Positions 43,918 to 57,246 of a stretch of DNA of 64,000 nt are shown here, in pieces. Position 1 is the first letter of the stretch. Each line of letters starts with the position of its first letter. A program made the translations under genes and the position numbers. The DNA is from the human T2T-CHM13v2.0 reference genome, Homo sapiens. Location: assembly GCF_009914755.1 (NCBI RefSeq), contig NC_060946.1; one strand, 5' to 3'. The notes under the pieces were generated by a model. That model was not told where the DNA came from. It made no database searches and worked only from the letters and a program-made list of their open reading frames with translations.

Positions 43918-46900
43918 TGTTTTCACAGCAGAGGTGTCTAGTCCTGGGAGGGGCTGGTTTGCAAGGGAGTGAGCCCCCCCATCACTGGTGGGAAGGTGAG
44001 TTGAGACTGATGACTACTTGTGAGGACGCTGTGCTCTGAGGTCTCATTTGTGCTAAGGTTCCGATAGCTGGCCGGGTACAGGGTCCCTGTCTGATATATC
44101 TCCTGAGACCCTGGCTTTGGACCAGGCACAGGGGCCATGCTCCGTGGACATCTGAATGAATGAAAAAAATGAATGAACAAAGTGGTTGCAGCCACCGTAC
44201 TTCACCGCCCATGCAGACAGCCCTGCCGCCCGGACTCCCAGGGAGCCCTGGCCTGCATTCTCGTCTCCCAGGCATTCTGACTCACACGTTCCCCAGGACA
44301 TGGAGGGCGTCCAAGTCGTGTGGATGTGTGGCCCTGCAGACTGAGCTGGACTCCTTGAAGAAGAGGACACTGTTGCCCCTCCTCTGCACGCATGTGCCCT
44401 CCGCTCTGTTGGCTGGGGTGGAGATGGGGCATCCCCTCTCGGGGTAAGACAGGCCTGGGGGCTGTTGCTGCCAGAGCCACGTCTTTGGCTAATGATTCAT
44501 ACTCTCTGAGCCGAAATCTCATTATTTGCATAATGGAGAAAGGAATACCTCCCCAGAGGGCTGTTGTGGGAACCAGGTGCAATTTTATGGATAAGACAGT
44601 TCTATGTAAATGTCAAGGCTGGACCCAGCTGGGGAGTTATGAAGCCCTGCAGGATGGCAAAAGCTGTTTCAAAAAGGCTGCCACGTGTTATCCCACTTAA
44701 TTCTCAGCACAGCCCAATAACCTAAGTAGGACTGTGATCCCCATGCTACAGAAGTGTAGAATGAGGTTCAAAGAGGTCAGGAACCCAAGCCACACAGGGG
44801 CGTGGGACAGCCTCCATACAAAGTCAGGCCAGAGCCTCGCAGGGACCCGTAGTACCGACTGTGTTTGAGGAGCAGCCCTGTGCTTTCTGTTGCTCCAGTC
44901 TACCCGCCCCCTGAGCTGTCAGCAATGCCTCTGAGAGACGGTGGGCAGAAGGGCAGTCATCCATGGATCCCCGAGCCAGGGCCCTTGCACATGACCTCAG
45001 ATGAGAGGCCGATGGTGCCAAGGCCTTCTGAGTCAGGCTTGGGTTCAAATTCCTGCTCCACCACTGGGTGATGAAGTACAGGACCTCCTTCCCGCGTGGT
45101 TAGAAGGCACTCCCCACCCTGTCCATCCTGGTAAGTCACTTACTTTGGCCAATGGAATCAAGTGAATGCCATGTGACCAAAGGCCTTAAGAGTGCCCTTG
45201 AGGTTTGCACTCCGGTGATCGGCCCCGAGATCGGCTGGAGCAGCCTGGGCCAGGAGCTGACCCAGACCCGTCCCTGTCGACCGCACACAGGCCGAGGTTG
45301 AGTCACCCAGGCAAAGCCAGTTGGGATCAGCGGAACCACAGTCAACCTGCAGACCTGGAAAAGGGGAAATCACATGCCTGCTGTGCGTGCTGCCCAGGCC
45401 TGGGGTGTCTGTGAAACTGGCTTAGTTTGGAAATTCCTGACTCATTCTCTGAACTGCTGATTCACTCTCTGAGCTTTGGCATCTTTGTCTATTAAACACA
45501 GAAAAGCCTCCCTCCTTTCAGGGTTCCTGGAGCATGATCCGAATCAACCACGCTTCCTTTGAAACCCCAGGGTTGCCTGCAGAACAGATCTGCTACATGG
45601 GTGCATGTAGCTCCCCCACGCTGGAGGCTCTTTCTCTGCATGTCTGTCTCCCCTGAGAGACCAGGCCGTGCTCAAGGCAGGGCTGGATGGGCCCACATCC
45701 CTGCCCAGTGCCTGGCCCAGAGCCTGGCTTGGAGAAGGCGCCCAGGAAATGTCAGGTCCTTGCCACCAATAACCCTGCCTTTTAGGGCATTGTGTGGGGT
45801 CCGTCCATTGTTGAATCTGGAAGAACCCCCGGTGCTGTGGGGCCATCCCTCCTCCCTGAGCATGCGGGCACAGGTGCCAGGGCTGCCCATGCTGCATGAG
45901 GATTACAGGAATCCTGAAAGCAAAGGCTCGGCTTTGGGGTGGCTGTGGAGGGTGTGGCTTTAGCAGACTGGGAATCCTTTACATCCCAAACCCAGGACGC
46001 AAGCAAGGCTGGGTGTTCATAGCCTCAGCACACTGGGGCCTGGTGTCACCCTCAGCCCGGCCATCTACAGAGTCAGAATGCACCAGCCAGGGCAGCAGAC
46101 AGAGCAAAAAAGACCAGGAAAGAGCCCATGAACTGGGGGTAGCATCCGGACCGTGGAACCGGCCGCCACCAGCATGAGTGGAATGGTCACCAAGAGCTAT
46201 GAGGTCCCAGGGGGACTGCCTGGTCTGTTTCATCCCCTGCACACATCGCACATCAGGAAACTGAAGCTCAGGAAGGGCATGGCATGGCACATGTGAAGCC
46301 TCGGCTCAGCCAGCGACAGACTAGATGGGACAGGATCCACCAGGCTCACCCACAGGTTGATCAGTGTGCAGGGTCTCAGAGTCCAGTCTGAGCAGCCTTA
46401 GCTGGGACTGTCCATGCCATCCTGTCCAGCGGCCCCTCCCAAGTCCTGGAGGGAAGGCCACCTGCTCTGAGGGTGGGGTCGGGATGGTGACGGTGAGTCA
46501 CAGTTGCCACCAGGCCAAAGAGACAGCCTCTATGTGGCCTTTCCCAGGCTGCGGGATGACAGGAGCCATGCCCTGGTGGCAACCGCTCCATGTCTGCAAG
46601 CTTCGAGATCGCCATGCAATTCCAATCTGGGAAGGCCCCTTATAAGGAATTCCATTCTGGAAAGTCGCCGCCAAGCCAATCACTGAATCAAAAGGAGGAA
46701 GTCAACCTCTTCGGGTGGATTAAACCAAAGAGACATCCTGGGTACCTGTTATATGCTGGACACTCTTCTAGACTTGCTATTTAAACATGGATTCTTATGA
46801 GACAGGCATGATTATCCCCATTTTACTGATGAGAAAACTGAGTCCCAAAGAGGTGAAATAACTTGCCCAGGACGAAGTAGTAATATGAAAATGGAGATCT

Positions 46901-47248
46901 GTCCTGATTGTTCATTCATTCATTCATTCAATATATTTTTGTGTCTGATCTATGCCAGACACTGTGCACCTGAAAGGCCTCGCCTGTACCCTCTGCACCT
47001 ACTGCCCCCAGCCTGCAGGCTGCTTGTTCATGCCTTCACGGCATGTTTGCCAAGCGCTCTGTGTGCACCACAGTCCGGCAACCTGTGGGAGACCCTGAGC
47101 CAGGAAACCCTTCTGAGCCCCCAGATGCCTGACCCCAGAAACAGCGAGACCATGGATGCTATTGATTTAAGCTTAGGGGTGATTTGTTATACAGCAATAG
47201 GTGACTCATAACTGGCACACACAAGATTCAGGCTGGGGAGGTCATTCT

Positions 47249-47722
<474 letters not shown>

Positions 47723-47829
47723 TCCTCTTTCTTTAACTCTTACAATTCTTCCATTCCACCAAGCAGGAAGCCAAGCCAAGGGGAGTGGGGGGCACTCAGG
47801 ACCCAGAGTCAAGCTGGGGGGTTGGCCTC

Positions 47830-48239
47830 TGATATGGTTTTGATGTGTGTCCCCTTCAAATCTCATGTTGGAATGTGATCCCCAGTGTTGGAGGTGGGGC
47901 CTGGTGGGAGGTGTGTAGGGCACAGGGGTGGGCCTCTCGTGAATGGCCTGGTGCCTTCCTCGCAGTAATGAGTGAGTTCTTGCTCTGAGTTCACACAGGT
48001 CTGGTTGTTTAAATGAGTGGGACCTCCCTCTCTATTGCTCACTCTCTCCATGTGATTCGCCGGCTCCTGCTTTGCCTTCCGCCATGATTGTAAGTTTCCT
48101 GAGGCCTCCCCAGAAGCAGATGCCGGCTCCATGCTGCTTGTACAGCCTACAGGACTGTGAGCCAAATAAACCTTTCTTCAGAAATCACCCAGTCTTGGGT
48201 ATTCACATTCCTTTATAGCAATGCAAATGGCCTATTCCA
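47830..48239 (+). mobile_element. MST (MSTB-like) MaLR solo LTR
   Basis: TGATATGGTTTTGATGTGTGTCCCC...TTTATAGCAATGCAAATGGCC; 5-bp TSD GCCTC at 47825-47829 and 48240-48244. Confidence 0.88.
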
Positions 48240-48377
48240 GCCTCCTAGCTCTGTTCCTTCTGGCTCTGTAAGTGACTTTCCTCTGAGCTTTGTTTCCTCA
48301 TCAAGAAAAATGGAGAGGCCTCTCCATAGGGGTGTACAGGGGGTCAAGAGAGGTCTTGGGGGCTGAGCCTCAATGTG

Positions 48378-48489
48378 GGTCTGTGTGATGGGAAAGATTT
48401 TGCTTTCCGGTTGTTGTCCGGTTTGCTTTCTACAAATTTGTCAGCTGCAAGCTCTCTCCCTGAAGCTGCCTTTAATTGGGTTGAGAAGG
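48378..48489 (+). repeat. Copy A of a ~112 bp local direct duplication (copy B at 49845-49955)
   Basis: About 15 differences in 112 bp by hand alignment. Confidence 0.92.
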
Positions 48490-49762
48490 CACGATTTGCC
48501 AGGTGAATGAGTTGAGAGGGTGGGTCGGGGGCAGCTCCCTGGTGCCTGCTGCACACTTGCACCTGGAACAAGTCTCTGGCACAGGATATATGGTCCTTCC
48601 CACCACTGGTTGGGTTGAAGGAGTCACAGAGAGAAGGGTGCCCCTGTCCACCCTGCAGTGCCCACGGCCGATACTGTTATGCCCCAGAACAGCCGGACCT
48701 ACTCTTCCTTGTCTGCCCCATTCCAATTCATCAGGGCTCGGATAAGAGCTTATCAGATATTATGAAATCACTCATCCACACAGACCAGACAGAGGGGCTG
48801 CCTCAGAGAAGCAGAAGGTTCTAGGATAGAGGCCAAGCCCAAGACAAACAAGTTTTTAGGTGATGCTGGAGAAGAGAGCCCACCAGCACTGGGGAAGAAA
48901 GAACCAGGACTTCTGGTTCTCCTCTCACTCCAGGTGCACACTCCTTTGAAATCAGGGGTGACCCTATGACCTGCTCTGTCTGCAGAAGTGATGAGTCACC
49001 TCCAGGGAGAAGCATTAAGGACCACTCTGCCTACCCCTTTCCACTGTAACGGACAGGGTGGCCCCGCACTCCCGACTTGCTGCTCCGGGATGTTGGTGCT
49101 CCAGTCAGCTGGGGCAGCTGAGCCATCCCTGGGAGACTGTGGCTCTGGGGAATCACCTGCACCTGTCGTGGACTTTGCTTGGGCAGAAACACATGTTTGA
49201 CTGAAGCCACTGGGACTTTGACAGTTTGTTCCTGCAGCATCGTTGAAATCAACCTGATCGATGCAAATATATTGTCAAGTTGAAATGCAGGTTTCAAAAT
49301 GGCATTGATTCATCCATCAGTTATTCATTGGGCCCCCACCTTCCCACCCCATGTCTGCAATTTCCAATTCCAGATCTAGGGGAGGGGGCGTTTAGAGTCC
49401 AAATCCCTCCCCCAACACACACGTAGGAAAACGAATGTGGGGATAACAGGGCCGCACTGTGGCGATGGCGGTGAGGCAGGGAATGGCAGTCCTGGTATGC
49501 AGTAGGGCCTCGCTCAATTTCAGCTCCTTTCTGAACTTTTCCTGCCCACACACCTGTCCTCGGGCCTCATCCAGGTGTCAGGGACAAAAAGCATTTTAAT
49601 AGGGCAGGTATTATCATGTGGGCCCAGGACAATTCCTCTATATTAAAATCACAACCCAAACCTCTGTGAAGGAGACTCAGGCTATGTCAGGGCAAGTGGC
49701 CATGCCTGGGGACCACAGCATCACTGCACTGCAAGCTCCGGATTCCCACAGCCTGTGAGCTC

Positions 49763-49955
49763 CCCATGTGACCACCACAGCACAGGCTCGGCTAATTGGG
49801 TCCATGTGATGGGAAAGATCCCATGTGACCACCAGAGCACAGTTGGTCTATGTGATGGGAAAGATTTTGCCTTCCGGTTGCGTCCAGTTTGCTTTCTGCA
49901 CATTTATCAGCTCCGAGCTCGCTCCCTAGAGCCACCTTTAATTGGGTTGAGAAGG
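49763..49955 (+). repeat. Copy B of the 112 bp duplication plus an overlapping ~50 bp tandem duplication
   Basis: CCCATGTGACCACCA(C/G)AGCACAG...ATGTGATGGGAAAGAT occurs at 49763-49819 and 49820-49866. Confidence 0.92.
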
Positions 49956-50879
49956 TAACATGCGGAGCCGGCTGCATGTTGGCAAAAGCGCTTCTGCTGG
50001 CCTTGGATGGGAGGCTGGGGAGTCTAGACTGTCCCTTCATGGGGGCACGTGTGTTGCTGTACCATGATACTCGGGTGTGTGGATGCCCTTCAGGGTCCCC
50101 TCGATTCCGGGACCTGAGGGTTTGTGTGTCCAACTCCTTACTGAGGAGCCACAGCTCAGGGAGGGCAGGGGAAGGCAGAGGGTGCTGCCCATCCACGACA
50201 GCAATGGGGCTGCCCCTTAGAACCTTGCTGAAGTGGCCTGAGCCCTGTCACCCTTGCTATGGGACATCCAGTGTCCTCCCCATCCCAGGCACACGGACCA
50301 CAAATAACTTCCCTTTTCTTTTAAGCTAGGGTTGCATTTCTGTTGCTTGCAACCTCAAAAGTCTATGCTGGCCGATTTGCAATGACTCAAAACTTGATTG
50401 CCTTCTTGCTACCATGGTACAGGGACAAGGGCCCAAGTAACTCTGGGAGCTGTTGGCAGCTATAAGGAAACCCCACTGGGGAAAAGCCCCTGCTTGGTGA
50501 AGGATTGATATGAGAGAATTACAGAGGAACATCTGGAGCACCAATGCCATTGAGAACCTCTAAACCAAACCACACCAGGAGCCTCTCTCCTGCTGGACAT
50601 CTCGGTCCTGTGAGCTAATTTCTCTTTATTATTCTTTCCCTGTACTATGATAACTTCCATCCAGATTTGATGGAAGGACTGTAAATATTCCTGGAATGAG
50701 ATCTTGAACTGGGAGATGAAGGCAGTCCCTGGAAGGCTGGAAGAGATTTTGGTTGTCTTCTTTGTGTTTATATGGATGTAGGCAACTTTGAATGTTCATG
50801 GGAAGAGGAAGGATCTGTATGAACCTTGGGTAGCCAAGGGCTGTGAGGACTATAATAAATAATCGTCACCTCCTAGCAT

Positions 50880-51402
50880 TATTCTCCCTTCCCACCGTCC
50901 CCTATGTCCGTTTCGATGTCCAAGTAAACTGGCTCTACTCTCAGTCCCAGGGCTGGAGCATGTGATCTGATCTGAACCAGTCAGTGTATTCCATCCCCTG
51001 GCCTAGTAATTGGTTCCAATTTGGGGGTGGACTGAGATTGGTCCGATCAGAGTAATACCAGCCTCTGAGGAATGACTTGGACCTGTAGTGATATTTGCAT
51101 GAGACAACGAAACTCTGTCTCTCTCAAAGGATGTTAATGAGGAGGCATGCAGGCCTGGGAGCCACTGGCAGACCTCTTTGGACTCTAAAGGGAGCCAGCT
51201 TTAGGATGAATCTGATGTCATAGAAAGGAAAGTAGAGGGAAAGCAAAAAACAAAAGTAGATATTCTGTTACATCATTGAACGGCTGAGTCACACTTCACC
51301 TGAGCCTTTCGGTTTAGCAAACGAATGTCATCTTGACATTTACTTTAAAAGCCCATTTGGGTTCTTGTGGTTTCCTGTTCTTTGCAACTGAAAACATCCT
51401 GA
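50880..51402 (+). mobile_element. Old MLT1 (J/K-like) LTR
   Basis: GCATGTGATCTGATCTGAACCAGTCAG...TTCCATCCCCTGGCC...TTTGCAACTGAAAACATCCTGA. Confidence 0.55.
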
Positions 51403-52100
51403 GCAGGTGGCTACCGTTATTATCCAGATTTTGAAGATAAGAAACTGTGGCACAAGAATATTAAGTGATAGGCCCAGGGCTACCGGGCTGGTAAACAGAG
51501 GTGGTAAACCCAGAACATGCAATGGTAGCCTCAACATATAACGATTGGCCACTTGCCATTTTCTTCTGCCTTTAGGAGGTTGGTCCTCTGCACTTCTGGT
51601 CTCCACTTGACACCCAGGAGGAGGTACCATCACACCCCAGGACCTGCTGTGCTGGCGTTGTGTTTCTGCCGGAGTCACCTCTGTGAGTCGCGGGAGAGCC
51701 AGTCACCTTCGTATGTGTGCACAGGCATGCACGGTCACAGAGGAACGTGCCTCCAGGGGTTTACCGTGCATGAATACCCGGACTATTTGGATGCTTTTCT
51801 TCAGGTTCTGTAGTTCTCATGGTCATGAAGCCCTCCACTAATAGCAGTTCATTTTCTTGACTTATCTTTACAAAAATAGGGTCATAGGATTTTCCCACTT
51901 TACAGGGTGAGCAAACAGAGGCTCAGATGAGAAACCTGACTTACCACTGGTGGCAGAGTGGGAAGTCAAATCAAGACATCAGTCCAGCATTTTTGACTCA
52001 TCCACTCGATCATTGGTTTTTAATCTTAAGACGACCATGACCCACACTCAGGGCAGAGAGTGAAATGGAGGGAGAGAATGAAAGCTTAAATTTAGGTTTA

Positions 52101-52498
<398 letters not shown>

Positions 52499-53218
52499 CT
52501 AGACAGGGCTGAAACATCTGTTGCTTCCTGATGCTGTTCAACCTGCTCCTGAAGATTCAGATGAGCCTCTTTCCAGAGGCTCAGAGGGTACATACGAACA
52601 GTTTATTCCTGGGACACTGAGTTTCGAGATGCCTTCCTGTTCAAAAAGAAGGCTGGGAGTAAAGCCTGGTAGGGAAGGTGCAGATGTTGGTCGGGACCCT
52701 TCAGATAGTTGTAGAGGGGGATGCAAGCTGGAGGGGAGGTGGTGGAGGCCTCAGGGACCCGGGGAGAAGGCCTGGATGGGCAGAGACTCTGGGAAGGGCC
52801 TGGAAGCCTGTCCGCAGATGTTCCTAGAAAAGCCCCATCATCTAGTTCTCCTAGACCCCAAGCAACTTTATAGAGCACATTTTAAAAGATATCATCTTGG
52901 GCAAAAGCTCCTTTTGTTCACTAGATCTTATTGAAAGCATCCCCAAATTTTAAATTCTTCACTTTGAATGGAAATCATATAGAAATATTATCACTATGTG
53001 CACTGAGATTTGGATGACCCTAAATCATCATTTTGAAGAAAAATGCTGAAAAGGCAATTATGTTTGAGCTAAAATAACAAAATGCATTAAACGTAAGCAG
53101 AATGAGTAAAATATCCTTACCCTTTCAAAAGAGAGAGACAGAAGAAAGGGCTCTGGCCCAGCACTTAACAAATCTTGGTTCTGTTTTTTTGTCACTCATT
53201 CATTCAACTCTTCATTCC

Positions 53219-53527
53219 TTTTTTTTTTTTTTTTTTTTTTTTTTTGAGACAGAGTCTCGCTCTGTCGCCCAGGGTGGAGTGAAGTGCCACAATCTCGGCT
53301 CACTGCAACCCCTGCCTCCTGCGTTCAAGTGATTCTCCTGCCTCAGCCTCCTGAGTAGCTGGGATTACAGGCGCCCGCCACCACGCCTGGCTAGTTTTTG
53401 TATTTTTAGTAGAGACGGGGTTTTACCATGTTGGCCAGGCTGGTCTTGAAATCCTGACCTCAGGTGATCCTCCCATCTCAGCCTCTCAAAGTGCTAGGAT
53501 TACAGGCGTGAGCCACCATGCCTGGCC
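53219..53527 (-). mobile_element. Alu (AluSx-like)
   Basis: Long poly(T) followed by a full reverse Alu. Confidence 0.94.
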
Positions 53528-53847
53528 TCTTAATTTAATAAGCATTTGGTGAAAGCCTGTCTTGAGTTACGTACTGGCTATAATCCACAAAGAAGCTTCA
53601 GCTCCTGACCCGAAGGAGTTTACAGTGTAAGGTGCATTCAGTCCCTCAACCAACAATTGCACCATAGGCCGTGCTCTGTAAGGGATCACAGAGTCCCCCG
53701 GCTGAACGAGTTCAGGGACAGCCTTTCCCGTGATCTGACATTTAATGCAGGACCTTAGAGATTTTCTAGAAAAAGGCAGAAGGAAGCCTGGAGGAGAGAA
53801 AAAGTGATATCTTGGAACATGCATCTATATCTGGTGTGACTGCAACC

Positions 53848-53975
53848 ACGTGTAGTATGTGGTGTGGCGTGTGTGTGTGCATGGGTGTGTGGCGTGTGAG
53901 TGACGAGTGTGCTGTGTGTATGTCTGGTGTCTGCGTGGGGTGTGTGCATGCACGTGTGTGCATGTGTTGGCACAC
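53848..53975. repeat. Degenerate (TG)n tract
   Basis: Directly visible. Confidence 0.88.
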
Positions 53976-55971
53976 AGGGAGGTTAAGCATGGTGGGAGGA
54001 GGATAAGCACGGTCCGGGTGACATCGGAGACATCCCTCCTGCAGCTCAGGGAGCCCTGGGGAGCTAGTGTGCCCACTGGGAGCATCTCCCTGTGCCACCT
54101 CCTCTGGGCCCATCTGGACTGGCTCCAAGGCAGGATGGGAGGGCTGAGCTCGAGCTACCCTATCTCCCAGCTGTGGGATTTCTCTAGGCCCTGCTCCCCT
54201 CAACCTCAGGTGGCTGTCTGAGAATTCAGTTTCTAAAGACTCCATGAGCCACAGGCAAAAGCCAGGGTCCTTACTCAGTCACAGCCTGAAATTTGGCTGT
54301 CGGCCTCCAGGCTCTGGTCTCTTAGCAACCAGCCATGTGGGCCCAGGGCAGCTGCAGGGCTCTGCTCCAGGCGGGCTACACCCAGGGGCTTTGGAGTGGG
54401 TCCCCAGGCCACCTCTGGCAGCTGAGGTGTGAGGACGGCCAGGCACCGTCCCTCTAGCCTTGACCTCACTCTCCTGGTTCCACCCCCAGCCCTGCTCCTG
54501 CACCTGAGCTGGCGTAGGAGTGCTGCCACAGCTCTGCCAAGCCCTGGGCGATCGGCCCGCGGGCCCTGGTGGAAAGAGCCTCTCTGAGCAAAGCTGCTGC
54601 ATTTTCTCTTCTCCATGTTCAGTGTGCCCCACATGCTCACGTCTTCCTACCAAGCCCCCAAAGGCTCCAGCTTCTGCATGAGCTCCAGGGACCGTCAGCC
54701 AGGTGCTCTATTCCCAAGGGATGAGGGCTGGTGGACCCCATGCCTGCATCTGCCCATCTTCATCCTACATATCCTTCCAGGCCCAGTTCAGACACCACCT
54801 CCTCTATGAAGTCTTCCCCAGTGACCTTGTAGAAATTTCCCTTCACACGAGCCCAAGAGGCACCTCACTCTCATTCTGGCTTTTGCCCACAACTCAGAAG
54901 CTGGCATTACCTCTGCACCCACGAAGCCAGTCTTCCAGGTGCCCCATGTGGCATGTGGGCTTTCCTGGCTTTTCTTCTCATCTTCACTGACTGGGAAGTT
55001 GGTTCAACGGCGTCTCACCCTTGACAGGCTCAGAGACTGTCTTGCTCCAGGAAGTGAGAGAGAGAGAGTGTCTCAGAGAAGACCCTGATTGGCCAGTTTG
55101 GGTCACATGTCCGCCTCTGAGCTACACCCTGTGGGCAGCCCCAGGCACACACCTGCTGCTAGGATCTGCAAGCCCTATGATACAAGGTCCTACCAAGAGC
55201 ACCACCTGTGTTGGCCTATTTTTTCAGTGCCCCTAGATACCTCTTCTAGGTCATTTCTCAGATATTACAAGTAGGCTTGCTCCCAATCTACTTTCCCCAA
55301 CTGTTTCCTGCCCATCCCTCCATCCACTGCACCCTTCCCTAAGGCCAAACTGGCCCCTGCCTTCTTTCCCAACTCCACTCACCTCTGTCCCTCCATGCCT
55401 GCATCTGCCATCTTCATCCTAAATATCCTTCCAAGCCCAATTCAGGTACCTCGTCCTTTAGGAAGCCTTCCCTGTGCCCATTCAGAAGTTTCCTTTCATA
55501 CAAGCTGCATCCCACCTCTTGTTCCTCTATTCTCCCTCATGCTCTGAGTCAGAAATACAGCATGTAACACACTTGCCCAAGATTCCGGTCGCTCAAGGGC
55601 AAATCTTGTTCCCCATTTGGACCTGGACTGGCCCTGAGTCTAGGCATCCCTTTTTGTGTCCCTTTATTTCAATGGAAGAAGACACCACATTAGAGCATGT
55701 AAGGTGGCCTGGGCGTGGTGAAAGAAGACCTGGACCCTCCTTCCAGGCCTCTGCCTCATTTCTTTGTTAATTGGCTATTATTGAGCAGTTGCTATGTGTC
55801 TGAAACAATTTTCGGCTTTGAGAAAGTAGTCTTCAACAAGTTTCTCTCTTCATGAAGTTCACATTCTAGTTTGGTAAAGTGGATAATATGTAAAAAAATA
55901 AGTAAATGTTCATGATGCAGATGGTGCTAAGGGCTATGAAGACAGGTAAGGCAGAGGAAAGAACAAGTGAA

Positions 55972-56562
55972 TGCACCCAGTAATTCATCCATCTATCCAT
56001 CCAGCCGTCCACCCATCCATTCGCCCACCCACCCATCTACCCCGCTACTCACTCATCCATCCTTCCATCCACCTACCTATCCATCCATCTGTCCTTCCAT
56101 TCTCACACCCATCCACCTACCCACCCATCCATCCACCTGTCCATTCATGAATCCACTGGACTCATCAACCCATGTAGTCATCCACTCACTCATCCATCCA
56201 TCTACCCACCCCCTCATCCATTCACCCACCCACCCATACATCCACCTACTCAACCATCCACCCACCCCCTCATCCACCCATCCACCCACTCATCCACCCT
56301 TTCACTCGTTCATACATCTACCCGTCTATCCACCCCCTCACCCACCCACTCATCACCCACCCACTCATCCATTCATCCACCCACCCATCCATACATCCAC
56401 CTACTCATCCACCCACCCACATACTCAAACATCCACCCACCCCCTCATCCATCCATCTACCCACTCATCTTTCATCCATCCACTCATTCATTCACCAATC
56501 CATCCACCTACCCATCCATCCATCCATCCAGTCACTCAACCATCCATCCATCCACCATCCCA
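55972..56562. repeat. ~590 bp degenerate (CCAT/CCAC/TCAT)n tetranucleotide repeat
   Basis: Directly visible; almost G-free on the + strand. Confidence 0.95.
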
Positions 56563-57197
56563 CAATGACTCACGAAACACCAAGCCAAGCCTTGTGTTGA
56601 GTACTTTAACTCAGACATGGTTCTTGATATCAAGGAGCCCACATTCTGGTGAGGGATGTGGGTGTGGATGTGCAGTATGCTGAGTTTCTCAATTCACTGG
56701 GTTCAAGTGAAGTGCCATAGTAATGAAAGTGAAATTGAAATTAATTCTGACCCCAGAACCCAGGCTTCAAAGAAGAAGAGCTTGACAAGGCTCGCTAGGG
56801 ATAAGCAGGAGCTCACCACTAGGGCCAGGGGAAAGGCATTCCAGGAAGAGGAAATAGCAAAGCCTCAGAATGCTAGAAGAACACGACTCACTTAGGCAAC
56901 AGAATCATCTGAAATGCCTACAGTATCAGCTAAACAGGGATGGGGCGGGGCCAGATAATAAAGAGCCTTCAGTCCATGCCAAGCAGATTATTGGGGGTGG
57001 TGGGGGCAGCAGGGAAGGCACTGAAGGGTTTTAAGCAAAGGAGTAACATAAAGATTTTTGGAAAGCCATGTCGGCACGCACAGAAAGGCTGGATGGAACA
57101 TGTATTGACATTCAATGAAGGTCCAAGCAGGACATGATGGTCCAGGCAGGACACAATGAAATGGTCTAGGCAGGACATACTAGAAGCTTAGACTATG

Positions 57198-57246
57198 ACA
57201 CAGAGACAGAGACAGAGATAGAGTTAGAGATAGAGATCGAGATAGA
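57198..57246. repeat. (GACAGA/GATAGA)n hexamer repeat
   Basis: Directly visible. Confidence 0.8.

Noticed and set aside
55967-56683. 238-aa H/P/S/T-rich ORF
   Set aside because: Translation of the CCAY simple repeat, which lacks stop codons by composition.
57114-57178. Three copies of GGTC(C/T)A(A/G)GCAGGACA with short spacers; also 15-16 bp tandem pairs at 16982, 27190 and 28531
   Set aside because: Ordinary slippage duplications; too short and irregular for a CRISPR-like array, and the context is eukaryotic.
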